Source: Catajapyx aquilonaris (lineage: Eukaryota). From it: a stretch of 20,784 nucleotides of DNA. Every line of letters begins with the position of its first letter. The first letter of the stretch is position 1. Positions 1 to 10,659 of this stretch are shown piece after piece. A model generated the notes under the pieces. That model was not told where the DNA came from. It saw only the letters and a list, made by a program, of their open reading frames with translations, and searched no databases. Made by a program: the position numbers and the translations under genes. Where the stretch lies: positions 186,001 to 206,784 of the forward strand of contig JYFJ02000049.1 in NCBI GenBank assembly GCA_000934665.2, read 5' to 3'.

Positions 1-469
1 CCACACTGCGGCAACAGTCACGCGGATAAATGGGAGGCCTAGTTGGCAATCTTTCTCTTAAAGAGGAACTATTAATGTGCTCGTGCAGTTTCCTCCCGCG
101 CGAGTTAATGATCTCCCATTGCGAAGTTGGGTCTAGGGTGTGTACCTCTCGACCCGATACTAGGTTGCAAAGATGAGGTCGAATTTAAGAAACCCAATGT
201 CGCGACAATGTCTGATAGTACACTTTGTCACCAAGGATGTACAGTACAGGCATCGTATAGGTACAGGTATACATACAAGTACAAGTATCCCACAAAACTA
301 TAGGCCTACTGTGCAACACACAGTGACTAGTGTGAAAAATGCAATAGTATTACCCATGCTGTAGTACTTCCACGTGCCACTAATAATTGGGCATTTGTTA
401 TGGAATAATACATGCTACAATCTATACACTGCACATTCCGCTGGAAGAGTGCTGATGGGGAGAAGTTGA

Positions 470-535
470 TCAAATTACTGATACAGCAGCGAGAAGACGC
501 CTCTGCAGTAATTCCCTCCTCATGGAATTATCGGC
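470..535 (-). CDS. Candidate next exon of the same coiled-coil gene (ADNSMRRELLQRRLLAAVS...)
   Basis: Branch-like CTGAC followed by ctccttggccctacag| acceptor at 536/535. Phase 0 matches the 1015 donor. The helical peptide ends either at donor tca|GTAATT (479/478) or at TGA 472-470. Confidence 0.3.
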   Translation of the reverse strand, partial: ADNSMRRELLQRRLLAAVSVI

Positions 536-1014
536 CTGTAGGGCCAAGGAGGTCAGATAACCTCATCGAGCAAAAAGGCGTCTGTCGAATACTCCTTTGG
601 CCAAACATCATTGCGGAGACACTGTCTTTATTACATGTGAGGCATGTCCCGTTGGTAGTGGAACTCATATGGCATACCAAAGAAAGAATGTCCCCACAAT
701 ACAATTCGCCCATTGAAATTAGCGAATTTTGGCCAATTAATCTGCCAATTAATAAGCAGCTACTTTTGGCTGTTATTAACATATCAGCTGTTAACATTAC
801 ATTTACATATTTAAGTACATAACTAATGAGAAATTCCTTGCAATTCAGGTGCGTCCAAAGTAATATTATCAGAGCTCTAATATTTCAGACACCTGTATGG
901 TGTAACCATGGAAGTGCCATAAAATCGCCAGCAGATGCACGAAACATGTGCCCCACCCACAGTGATGTACACATTCTTTAAGAATGCAGCAAGCAAACTA
1001 TGGAAGGAACTCAC

Positions 1015-1451
1015 TCTGGCCCCCAGCTGTTCGACGGCCCTAGCCTGCCTCTCCATCTGAGTGTGCAGACCGGCCATCTTGAGCAGCAGAGACCTCTCTC
1101 TGTGTCCATAGCTGGCGGCCAGCTCTCGCAGGTGACTCTGCAGCAGAGCGATCTGTTGTTGCTGGCACTGCACGAAGGTCTGCAGGACCCGCAGGCAGTT
1201 GTGGTCAGCCGGGTTGCGCTCCACCAGCTCCAGCCCGTAGGGGTAGCTGGCCACCGCAGCCACAGACGGGCCCAGAGCTCCCGGGGTCGTCTGGCAGGCT
1301 GACCCACACGATGACCCAACACCACCGGCCACCGATGAAGGCCACTCGCTGGGGCCCAGGCTGGCCGGACGGACCATGCCCTTGCCAAGGGTGTTGCTTG
1401 TCGACGACGCCATCTCACAGATACCACCACTCCAACTACTGCCTAGGGTCA
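1015..1451 (-). CDS. Coding exon of an RNF41/PDZRN3-4 (LNX3/4)-like coiled-coil protein; likely ATG at 1413
   Basis: GC-rich open frame bounded by acceptor ctcgcag| (1452/1451) and a consensus donor aga|GTGAGT (1015/1014, phase 0). ATG at 1413 is in a gagATGG context. The peptide GLELVERNPADHNCLRVLQTFVQCQQQQIALLQ resembles RNF41 GLEMPKDELPNHNCIKHLRSVVQQQQTRIAELE, and GHRERSLLLKMAGL resembles PDZRN3 GKREKSLVAQLAAA (both recalled). The exon itself is well supported; the family assignment is less certain. Confidence 0.6.
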
Positions 1452-4400
1452 CTGCGAGTGTACGGAGTGTAAGGTCACTACGGTACGGTATTAAATTTTT
1501 CAGTACTGGTTGTGATCATTTACGTGCAAATTTCAGAGGTAAAATCGACCGACTCTTGCAAAGGCAGCTTTAGGCAGAATAGATTATACTGTATATGTAA
1601 GTCAAATCCCCGCTCGAGACAAAGGGTGCATACATTTGGAATCAGTTAACCCCTAACTCCGTAATGCTTCCTAAAGCTTCATAACACCTGCTATAATACA
1701 TTCAGGCTTAGAATTATAGCACCGACGTCACACCTCTACTTGTTAGTTACATTGCCAATATTCATTGCGAGGTCATTGCTAGCAACCGACAATTAATATC
1801 CTAAGTTCACAACTACTTGTATACGTGCAGTACGTGGGCATTACTGGTACTTTTGTTGCAATTAGGGTGGTGCCATTCTAATTGCTGACTTGATAAATCT
1901 ATCACATATGATTACAAATTCAAGTTGCCTCAATTAGTGCCCGTAGAGTTGTGAATCAATATTTCAATCTTCCTACTCGTTCTCGCCAGCTCATTAACCT
2001 ATTAACGTCAAGCAATATTGGACTTTCCCTTACGAAACGTACAGTTCTGATAACGTGAATATAGACACAAGCCCCTTGACAATTTTTCAAGTCGTTAATT
2101 AGATAAATTAGGCTGGGTGTTGACGGAGGAAATTTTCTCGTATCCATCATTTCTTCTCCCGTCCGGATGGATACAGTATTCTACGGAGAGGATTTCATGC
2201 AGTCGGCTTATAGTGATAATTGCCCACTTCAATAATATGGTATTGATTAACTAGCAAGTACTTTCACTGCACCTTGCAATTCAAATACATCCTATACTAA
2301 CCAGATGTAGGTTAAATCGCTTTTAACACCAAGTTCCAACTCCGACAAAATCCGGTATTTAGGCCTTCAAGTCCAAGTTCATAGCACACTTAAGCACCGA
2401 GTAACTTCAGGGACCAGCTTTCCCCACCTCAAAGATTAACTACAACGCCCCCTGAAACTCGGTCATACAATAAGCCGCCAACGTCCAAACTTACACCAAA
2501 CCAAACACTCGCACTGTCCCCTATTATATGCCACCTCTCACGTGCTGTCCAGGACACGACTTCGACACTTAAAATGTCCAGCTTAACATCCACATAACTA
2601 TATCACCCTCACCACATAACAAGTCCCAACTCAACCCGCATCACGTGTCCGGATATAAATCCAATAGAAAGGAGTGGGAAAAGACAGAAGAGAAGAGGGG
2701 GGGAAAGAAGAGAGAAGCACGCAACCAAACTCAACGCCAGTCGCACCCGCACTGAAGAGAAGCGACTCTGGCGCAACCAACCAGCCCGAACCCCAGCCAA
2801 CCAACCAAACCCAACCCACACCAGCTAGCCCTGCTGGCGGACCTTTGGGGAGAGACGAGAGTAGGGGGGGATAAAAAAGGACCCACCCACCTATTTGGTG
2901 CACCCGGGGTTCTCCGCACACATCCTACTCACACACGCAAAAAAAAAGAGGTTTTCTCCGACTTGAATTTTCAAGCAGTCTCAGAAGGGCGAGAGTATTG
3001 TCAGCGGGCCAAACTCTGTGTCCGCAGTGGGTCCAATACACATATAGCATATAGGGTAGTGGTCAGCAGATGAGCAAATAATTGTGGTGGGGTGATCGAT
3101 TTGGGATCCCAAGTCAGGTGGACAGTCACATTCCACAATCCCCGGCGCTTTCCACATGCTCGTGTGCAAGTAAACAGGATCGGCTTGTTTGCTGTGCTGC
3201 TCTAGACTCTAGAGACTAGAGATAAGAGAGAAAAATGGGGAAGGCCCAGCAGGCCCGATGTGTAAATAGGGCGAGAACAATTAATTGTAACGAGATATGT
3301 TCAAATACGCCCTCAAAAAGAGGGGTAATCCCAGTTGTTTAAATATATCATTAATTGCGCTTGCAACGTGGAGAAAACAACGGTTCAAAATGGGATATGC
3401 CAGTTTGAAGCTAATACATGTTTATCTGCCACTAATGACATGCAAATCAGCTTATGTACGGTACCGTATCGCGTGTCATCACAAGGCTGATGTTATCCTA
3501 ACGCTACGGCAATCCGCCTTTCAGCCCACACATGGGGGTTGCGTGAATGATAGGATACAATTGCGGGTGTGCAAACTGAAAAATTAACAAATTTTGCTGT
3601 ACAAAAATTCCGTATTAAAAATGTGACTGAAATACACTGAAACAATTCCGCACTATTAAAGTTGAGGTCGCATTGTACTCGTCCATAAATGAGCTAATAA
3701 CCTGCAAAACACTCCTCGTGTTATGCAAAACACAAGTACTCCAGCATCCACTTTCCCCCCCAAAGCAGCAGCTTGTTCGCGGAGAGCCAAGTTGTGGAAG
3801 TTAAGTTTAATAATGGCGGGATGGAATGCAGGCCTACGTCACGTTTGGATGACTGCCTTTGGATAAGTATGCCACTAACCCGTGCATCATTTCCTTCATC
3901 CCCAGCCCGAAATCAAATTAAGTCGAGCTGTAACTCGTAATTTCTTTATATGACAAAGTTTCTCTCGAACACAATAGCCTTGTTTAGGAATTGCCGGCAG
4001 CACTTACAAGTGAGCCCCCCAAGTTCCAAACGCACGCCATACCTCTTTTCAAGACGCCGAAGACAAGGTAAATAAGGCGTAATTAGTTTTTAGCCTTCTC
4101 CAAGCAAAGTTCCAGATTCCTCCAGCTTCGTTTGACGTCTTCAACCTTATCTCGCCAACTTTCTGCAGATTCGGGAAGCCCAACGCTGCTGGAGTCAAAG
4201 ATTGTCATGTTATCTTTCACCAAAGTCCAAGCCATATTCAAAATGATTCCGTAATAAGTTGCGAAATGATTTTTCCATTAGAACCAATCCATTCAAACAG
4301 AAAGGCGGCTTTTGTTGTCTCCAAGAGATTTCTCGGAAAGGCGCGTCTGGACCGGGTCCAAAATTTCGTGTTCTGTCCGACCTCCCCGTAAATAATGACT

Positions 4401-5427
4401 GCCGCCAGCGGGCAGAACACTTTACACCATACTCCGTCTTTCAGAAGCACGCAATCACAACTTTCATGTCCAATCTACCAGCTTAGGGTTGCGTCCCTGT
4501 CGATGACATAGCTCGTCCCTAGCCATATTATTCATTTAAACAGTTGTCATCAGCAATTTGCGCTCCTTAAATTATTCCCCGTGGCCCTGTGTCAGCGACT
4601 TAATGAAATGCTGCAGGATTTCGTCGGAAAGTGAAAATAAAGAGCCGAGGGGTGCGATGCCACCCCGTGTTGATCAATATTTCCCCAACATTAACGCCAG
4701 CCTCTGATCATTTCAGCAGAATAGCGGATTCATAATTCTTTCCTGGCTGCTGCTCGCTAACAATTCGATTGAACCAGGAGCGTGCGTCTGTCCGCAGGCC
4801 AAAAAAAAAGTTTATAAACGCAAGTCGCGGAATATTTAAATCCAAAGTGAAGTTCGGGATTTGCAATGATTGGAGCTGATCTAAATTCCAGTCAGTGAAA
4901 TTAGTTGGAAGCTTCTGAGCTGCGAAGGAAATGAGCAGCGCCCCTCCCTTAGATATACGTATATACTAAGGCCAATGTGCTCAGAGCCTTGTCTCCACTC
5001 TCAACATTTTCGCCTGATCAACTTCTGATGCCACATTTGATCCTTACACAACTCCAGAATACAAACAGCGTCGTAATCCTGTACTAGAATAAAAGTTGGA
5101 AAAGTTTCGTCAAACTTGCCCCTTTCTCTTGGTAGCACACATAACATTTTTATGTGCTGCAACTATACGTCATTCGTCTACTTTTTTCTGTCCCGTATAC
5201 TTGTACAAAAAAATGGTCTGAATTCAGCACGTATCAGACACGAATATGTCCTCCTTGTGATGCATCGATGAATCAGTCTGAAATATGAACGTATAGGAAG
5301 CAGCATTCGGTTCTACAAGGATCGTGCAGGCAATTTCAACCATGTAATCAGGATCGCATAAAAACGGCGAACTAATCCGAACATCCGATAAGAAGGTTCA
5401 GCAGCTTTCAATAAGGTCACGAATGAG

Positions 5428-5532
5428 ATGAAGAGCTCTGATGCGCCCAACCCTGATCCCAGGTCTGATATGTACGGTATAGGAAAGGAAAAAAAAAGAA
5501 GTTCCGTCTCCAAGCGACGCAAATCCTGGCAG
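5428..5532 (+). CDS. Candidate upstream coding exon of the MARCH gene (MKSSDAPNPDPRSDMYGIGKEKKRSSVSKRRKSWQ)
   Basis: ATG at 5428, 35 open codons and donor cag|GTATAA. The 121-nt intron contains a CTAAT branch-like motif and acceptor atccag| at 5653. The phase-0 join is in frame with the 5654-5921 exon. Confidence 0.35.
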
Positions 5533-5695
5533 GTATAAACTAGGCCGAGTGAGCCAGAACCAAAGTCAATTTCTGGTTATCGCTAATTTTGCGGCCGAAC
5601 ACGTGCACGTCAATCCGCTAATTGCATAAATTCGTCGTTAAACCTTGATCCAGGTCGATCAATCACTGCAAGAAAATCCCAAAGTGACACTCCAA

Positions 5696-5921
5696 ATGGA
5701 AGCAGCAGCCGCAGCTGAGGAGACCCATCCCGAAGGTCCTGCCCATTCCAAACCTCCTGCTTCACCAAAAGAAAACCGAGCCTCACCACCCCCTTCTCCT
5801 GACACCATGTCCAACAGTCCTGTAAGATGCAAGGGCAGCACAGATAGCATGGAAGGCATATGCCGCATATGCCACGACACCGCGAGTCAAGAAACACTCA
5901 TATCTCCTTGCCGATGCAAAG
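5696..5921 (+). CDS. MARCHF2: MARCHF2/3-like E3 ubiquitin ligase, coding exon 1 (Pro/Ser-rich N-terminus and first half of the RING-CH)
   Basis: CRICHD...LISPCRCKG is the N-terminal half of a RING-CH (C4HC3) domain. Donor aaag|GTATAA at 5921/5922 is phase 1. The exon may start at 5654 if the upstream exon is used. Confidence 0.9.
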
Positions 5922-8204
5922 GTATAATCCCATCATTATTCATATACAAACATGTATAATAATAACACGAAAAAAATTAGAACATCATTAGTCTATGGGT
6001 CAGAAAATTCATGCAGTTAATTTTGCAAATGTAGCCCGAGGGTAGAAAATATAGAAAGTAATGAGAACAGTTATTAACAGTAGTCACACAATTAATTGGA
6101 CAATAAAACTGCTATCGCTCCTAAAGATTGTTATCCTCCCCTGGGAGCTACTAATAATTAATGAATAACAAATAAAAGCGCACCACCATCATTTGATTCC
6201 CATGTCTCTTGTCGAGGGTTCATGCAACCGGAACAAATCAGCTAAGCAATTACCCCCGGAAACTCTCTCTCAACTTCCCATCGGTGTCATCCCCACACAG
6301 TTATAGCCATTAGATATAAACGTCAAATCTCGGCAACAATTGCACCAAGCCAGAATAATTACCCGCGTCCGGTTTTCCATACGGTGAATCAGCATAAATT
6401 GGGCCCTCGCCGAAACCTCAGATGCAAGTTTCAGGACGTAATAATTTCTCAGCTCATCTAATCCCCCTTATTTGGCAGTACACAATCTTTGCCAAAGCGT
6501 CGTTTGCCAGTTTCTAAATGGCGGTCATTAGCGCGACTCCTATGAAATCTAAACACAGTCTACCAGCCGGATAATTTTAGTCGGTCCTGTGGATTATTCC
6601 AACTTATTATTCATGGCCGGAATTACTCGTCCGAGCATAATTGAGCTCTTGGCCGCGGAATTCCAATTGAGCCCAGTCCTACCTCCTACTTCATCAACCG
6701 CAGGTAAACGGAACTTTTGGGGGGAAGGTCCTTTGCCTGCATTTCCAAAAATTAATGAGCAGTCGCGTCACGATTTTAAACTCGGATAAAACGCTTTAAC
6801 TCCCCGAAATGGCGTCCCATTTTTAGAGATTTGCAGACCAAAAAACATACGCTGGCTATCGATTGCAAATGCATGTTTACACTCTTGGCTTTACGAGCTA
6901 TTTGTAGGACATCAAGCCTGGAAACTTGCACCAGATTTCGCTCAAAATTTTACGACCCCCCCAAGTATTGCGCAAACTTTGTACAACTTGTGTGATTTAC
7001 TCCCTGGCGGACGCCATAATAAATTCAGACAAATTTCGTCACTTGAGCACCGCCTAAAATATTTTATGCTCCCATAAACCTACGGTCGTCGAGTAGTGCA
7101 GGAGACATCAGCCAGACCTTCACAAAAAATGTCTCCTTTTCGAGCATAATTTTATTCGTCGCGACACTGACCCCTCGTCAGAAGCATCAGGCCCGATTTG
7201 GGCTTGTTTGGGCCGCTTCATGAGAATCCAATTTGGAATTTGTCCAGAAAAGTCTCCCCAATCCAAAGCTTGCTTTCTTGAAGGGCCCTCGGAGGAGTCA
7301 TCCCCCTCGCTTATCCTGCTTATGAATTTGCGGGCTCGCTGGATCCATTCCCTCCCACTGTGAAAACATGGAACCGCGACAGGGTTTTCCCTCTCTCAGT
7401 GGGTCTCCAGGGAGGGCGTCATATACACACACAATATGCAGCAATGTAGATAGAAAACCCTGTTGGAGAAGGGTCATCGTCCGGCTCTGCGCCAGAACAA
7501 ATTAAGATCAACGCTGGGCCCGCGCTGTCAAAACCCTCTTGCTTGACACACTTGCAATCACAACACACTGATAGGACCCCCCTTCCCATCAGTCACGGCT
7601 GATAAGCATCCCCTCCAAAAATTTTGGCGATAAAGGGCCCGGGAATCCACGAGGATGCCAAAGTCCAGACATGTTGGGGGAGGGCTGGACGTGCGTCCCA
7701 TTTGTGATGGCGTGAAAAGCGTGCGCTTTACAATCAGCTGGCAATGTTGGGATTCGCACCGCTCACTCCGCGCCCCATCGTACACCAGGCTGACATGTGC
7801 AGTATTCGTGGGCCGTGACATCACGGGGGACGCAGGCATGAATCCTCCTCCCCCCTGTGCGACGCCCTATTCCATTTTATATGGGTTTCACGCCTTTCAT
7901 ACCGCCCGCTGCTGTAGTGGATGCACACGATTAAATACCGCCTGTGTCCGTCAGGGACCCCTTTTTCAAAGTCCATGGGAAAGGTGATGGTGCAGGCAAT
8001 AAACTAATGGAGGCTGCGAGGACCTCTCCGCGCACGTGTCCCGATTCCATACGCATTTGTACGCACTAGAGCCGGCCACTAACACGTCCCATTAATTATG
8101 CAAGGTCTTTGAGAGAGCCCAGGGTTGGAATCTGTTTTTGGCGTAACGTTAAGAGTATAGCTAGCGGTAAACATGTGGCGTGTCCTTTCTTGCCTCAAAC
8201 ACAG

Positions 8205-8314
8205 GAACCCTGGCCCTGGTACACCGGACGTGCATCGAGCGGTGGTTGGGTGAAGCCAACAGCACCGGCTGCGAGATTTGCGGGTTCCGCTTCAACACAA
8301 TCCGGCGCCCAAGG
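8205..8314 (+). CDS. MARCHF2: MARCHF2/3-like, exon 2 (second half of the RING-CH)
   Basis: Polypyrimidine tract and acacag| acceptor. Encodes (G)TLALVHRTCIERWLGEANSTGCEICGFRFNTIRRPR, matching MARCH2 GTLGAVHKSCLEKWL...CELC...RPR. Donor agg|GTAAGT. Phases 1 to 0 are consistent with the neighbouring exons. Confidence 0.95.
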
Positions 8315-10640
8315 GTAAGTCCCCCTTCAAAGTCGATCTCAAACCTGCTTCTGCCTCTGCCTGTAAGGATATCGAGAATACCGAGTGAGGGAAGAGACTT
8401 AATCATTCGGGGGAGCCAGACTAGGACTTATTGTGCCCATTCCTCTCCGTCTCTCCCAACTTAATTTGAGGCTACGCACCGCCCGACCAAACTTTCTCTG
8501 CCAATTCTTCCTCCTTTCCTATATACTATATACTAAAGGGAGGTAAGATGCTAAACTTTTTGCTCCAATAAAGAGAGTCCTGGATGCAAAAAGAGGGCTT
8601 GCTTGCCTTTCCCTGCAGCCCTGCGGTGGTGTAGCTTCGCCTTTTCCAAAAAGGGGGGTGGATTCCACGCCTCCTTAACTTCCAAGCAAATGCGCAAGTT
8701 TTTCGTTGACAGTGCATAAATCACTGGGTGCTTTCACTTCCATAATGCATCTAGTCTCGCATTCAGCCCGCATATTTTGTCACCCAGCATTCTCCGTGTA
8801 AATCTCGCGCGTTTTACTGGCTAAGTATTCAGTGGCGGGGGGGAAACACAAAAAGTCATCTGTTAAATCGGCGAAAGCCACGGATCCAACAGAAATGCAA
8901 ACCTCCTCAGCTATATTCTCGAATAGTATTTATGCTAGCAAGTTAATGGTGATTGTTAGAAACCTACATCGAAATTTGTTAAAACAATAAGTACCCATGG
9001 TAACAACATTCGCTTAATTATTCTGAAAATATATTTCAGCCCATGTATGAATCCACCAGCTTTTAATCATTCCGTTGAAATGTAGCGACAGCCGTCACAT
9101 ACTTTTTTTTCTTCTTTTGGCCAGGTGTGGCTTCGCAGTTTTCAAACGGATTTTCCTTTGGAAAAGTTTCAGGTTAATTGCGGAATTCACTCACGTTCAC
9201 AGATCCTTGAGGTCCTCCCCATGAGGGAAAATCAATACTTTGCCCATGACCCATTAAAAATTACCCCAAACTTCAAATAATTTCATCTGACGTGACTGCC
9301 GATGTGTTTTTCTGCACTTGGAGCACGTTCCCTTTATAATCGGGTCATCGCACTTTTTACAGGACACCCTTCCGCTCCCGTCTCGGAAAGATCGCGTATG
9401 CTGAGGAATTTCAAAATCTGAAATCATGTTATAAAAATGACCACCGTTTGAAATTCCTGAGGCAGAACTTAATATAAGTTATTAATAACGTATAATGATT
9501 AATTTCAACGCACTCTTCTACGTTCATTAAAGGCCGGATGTAGCGGCACATAATATCATGGAAGATGTCCTTTAATTTGTGTTTTTTGACTGGTCTTAAG
9601 AAGCTGCTGGTAACAGGAATAGCAAAATGTCAGCTGTCGTCATTTCGCATTGCTTTATCAGCGACACGCGTATTTTTGGCAAATCCTAAGCACATATGCA
9701 GTAAAAAAGGGGGGGCTGCCTACACTTTACCTAGAACTGCTCTTGGCAAAGCCTCTGACATCTTCTAATTATGCCATTTTTTGGGGGGTTGATAATGATC
9801 CGACATGTTTGTCGACTCAACAGAAAGTTTTCCTTTCTCCACCGGCACGGGACATTTAAGAAAAGAAGAAGGAGGAAAAAAAAAGTGGCAATTCAGACCA
9901 GTCGTTCGATAAAGTAGGTATTAGTACCACACGGCATGGCTTGTGCTCCAGCGACTTCTGCCAAGTCGCCTTCAACCTCCGAGTGTGGAATTTACAATCT
10001 AGGAAATCCAGCCAGAAGGCGTAAAAATGGAAATGGTGGACGTGAAGATCCGGCCCCGGCAATTTCGCGAATCTCTCTCCAGATAACGCCGTGCTTCTTC
10101 CTGAGTACAGGGAAGCAGAAGTTAATGGTCATGCCGTCTACGCCTAAGTCCGACAAAGCTTTACTCTGTTGCACTACCTGATATACGACGGTCTCGCGCG
10201 ACTTTTCCGCCAACGCTCAGCAGAAAAGCCCCCCCTCCCCTCGATATACCTAATCTCACCCATAAAATCTGCATAACCAAAAAATTCGTCCGGACTCTGA
10301 CAATACTGTGACGTACCCCTGCAAAAAAATAATAATCTCCAAGCAAAAGTCCCCTCAAAACATTCATGTAACTTCTTTTTTTAAAAAAAAATATCCCGTA
10401 CAGGTGTGATTTTTTTTTACTAGGAAACGTTGCGGCGTTGGATAATATTCGTGCTTACTTTTGCGCGAGATTTTTGTCACATGACACCCGGACTAATATC
10501 TGAAAACTGGGAAGAAAAAAGGCATACAGCCAATTAGCGGCGGAGACTGCCATCAGCCAAATTAGGAGCCGGCCTCGTTAATATAATTAGATTAATTCCA
10601 GTTTACAAGTCTCAAAACAAGTGCTGGTGGGATGGGAGTT

Positions 10641-10659
10641 GGGGGGGGGGGGGNNNNNN
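10641..10659. other. Poly-G run ending in a 6-N assembly gap
   Basis: G13 at 10641-10653 followed by NNNNNN at 10654-10659. Confidence 0.95.

Noticed and set aside
1000..1430. ORFs 1000-1302 (+) and 1011-1430 (-)
   Set aside because: These are shadow frames of the GC-rich real exon at 1015-1451.
4082..4392. Open frames on both strands (e.g. - strand MAWTLVKD...VEDVKRSWRNL)
   Set aside because: No recognisable domain beyond a faint Myb/SANT-like resemblance, and no consistent exon chain could be built.
7001..7015. GVRQG (non-LTR RT motif) on the - strand
   Set aside because: It is not followed by xxLSPxLF, there is a stop just upstream, and no YADD motif follows, so it is probably chance.
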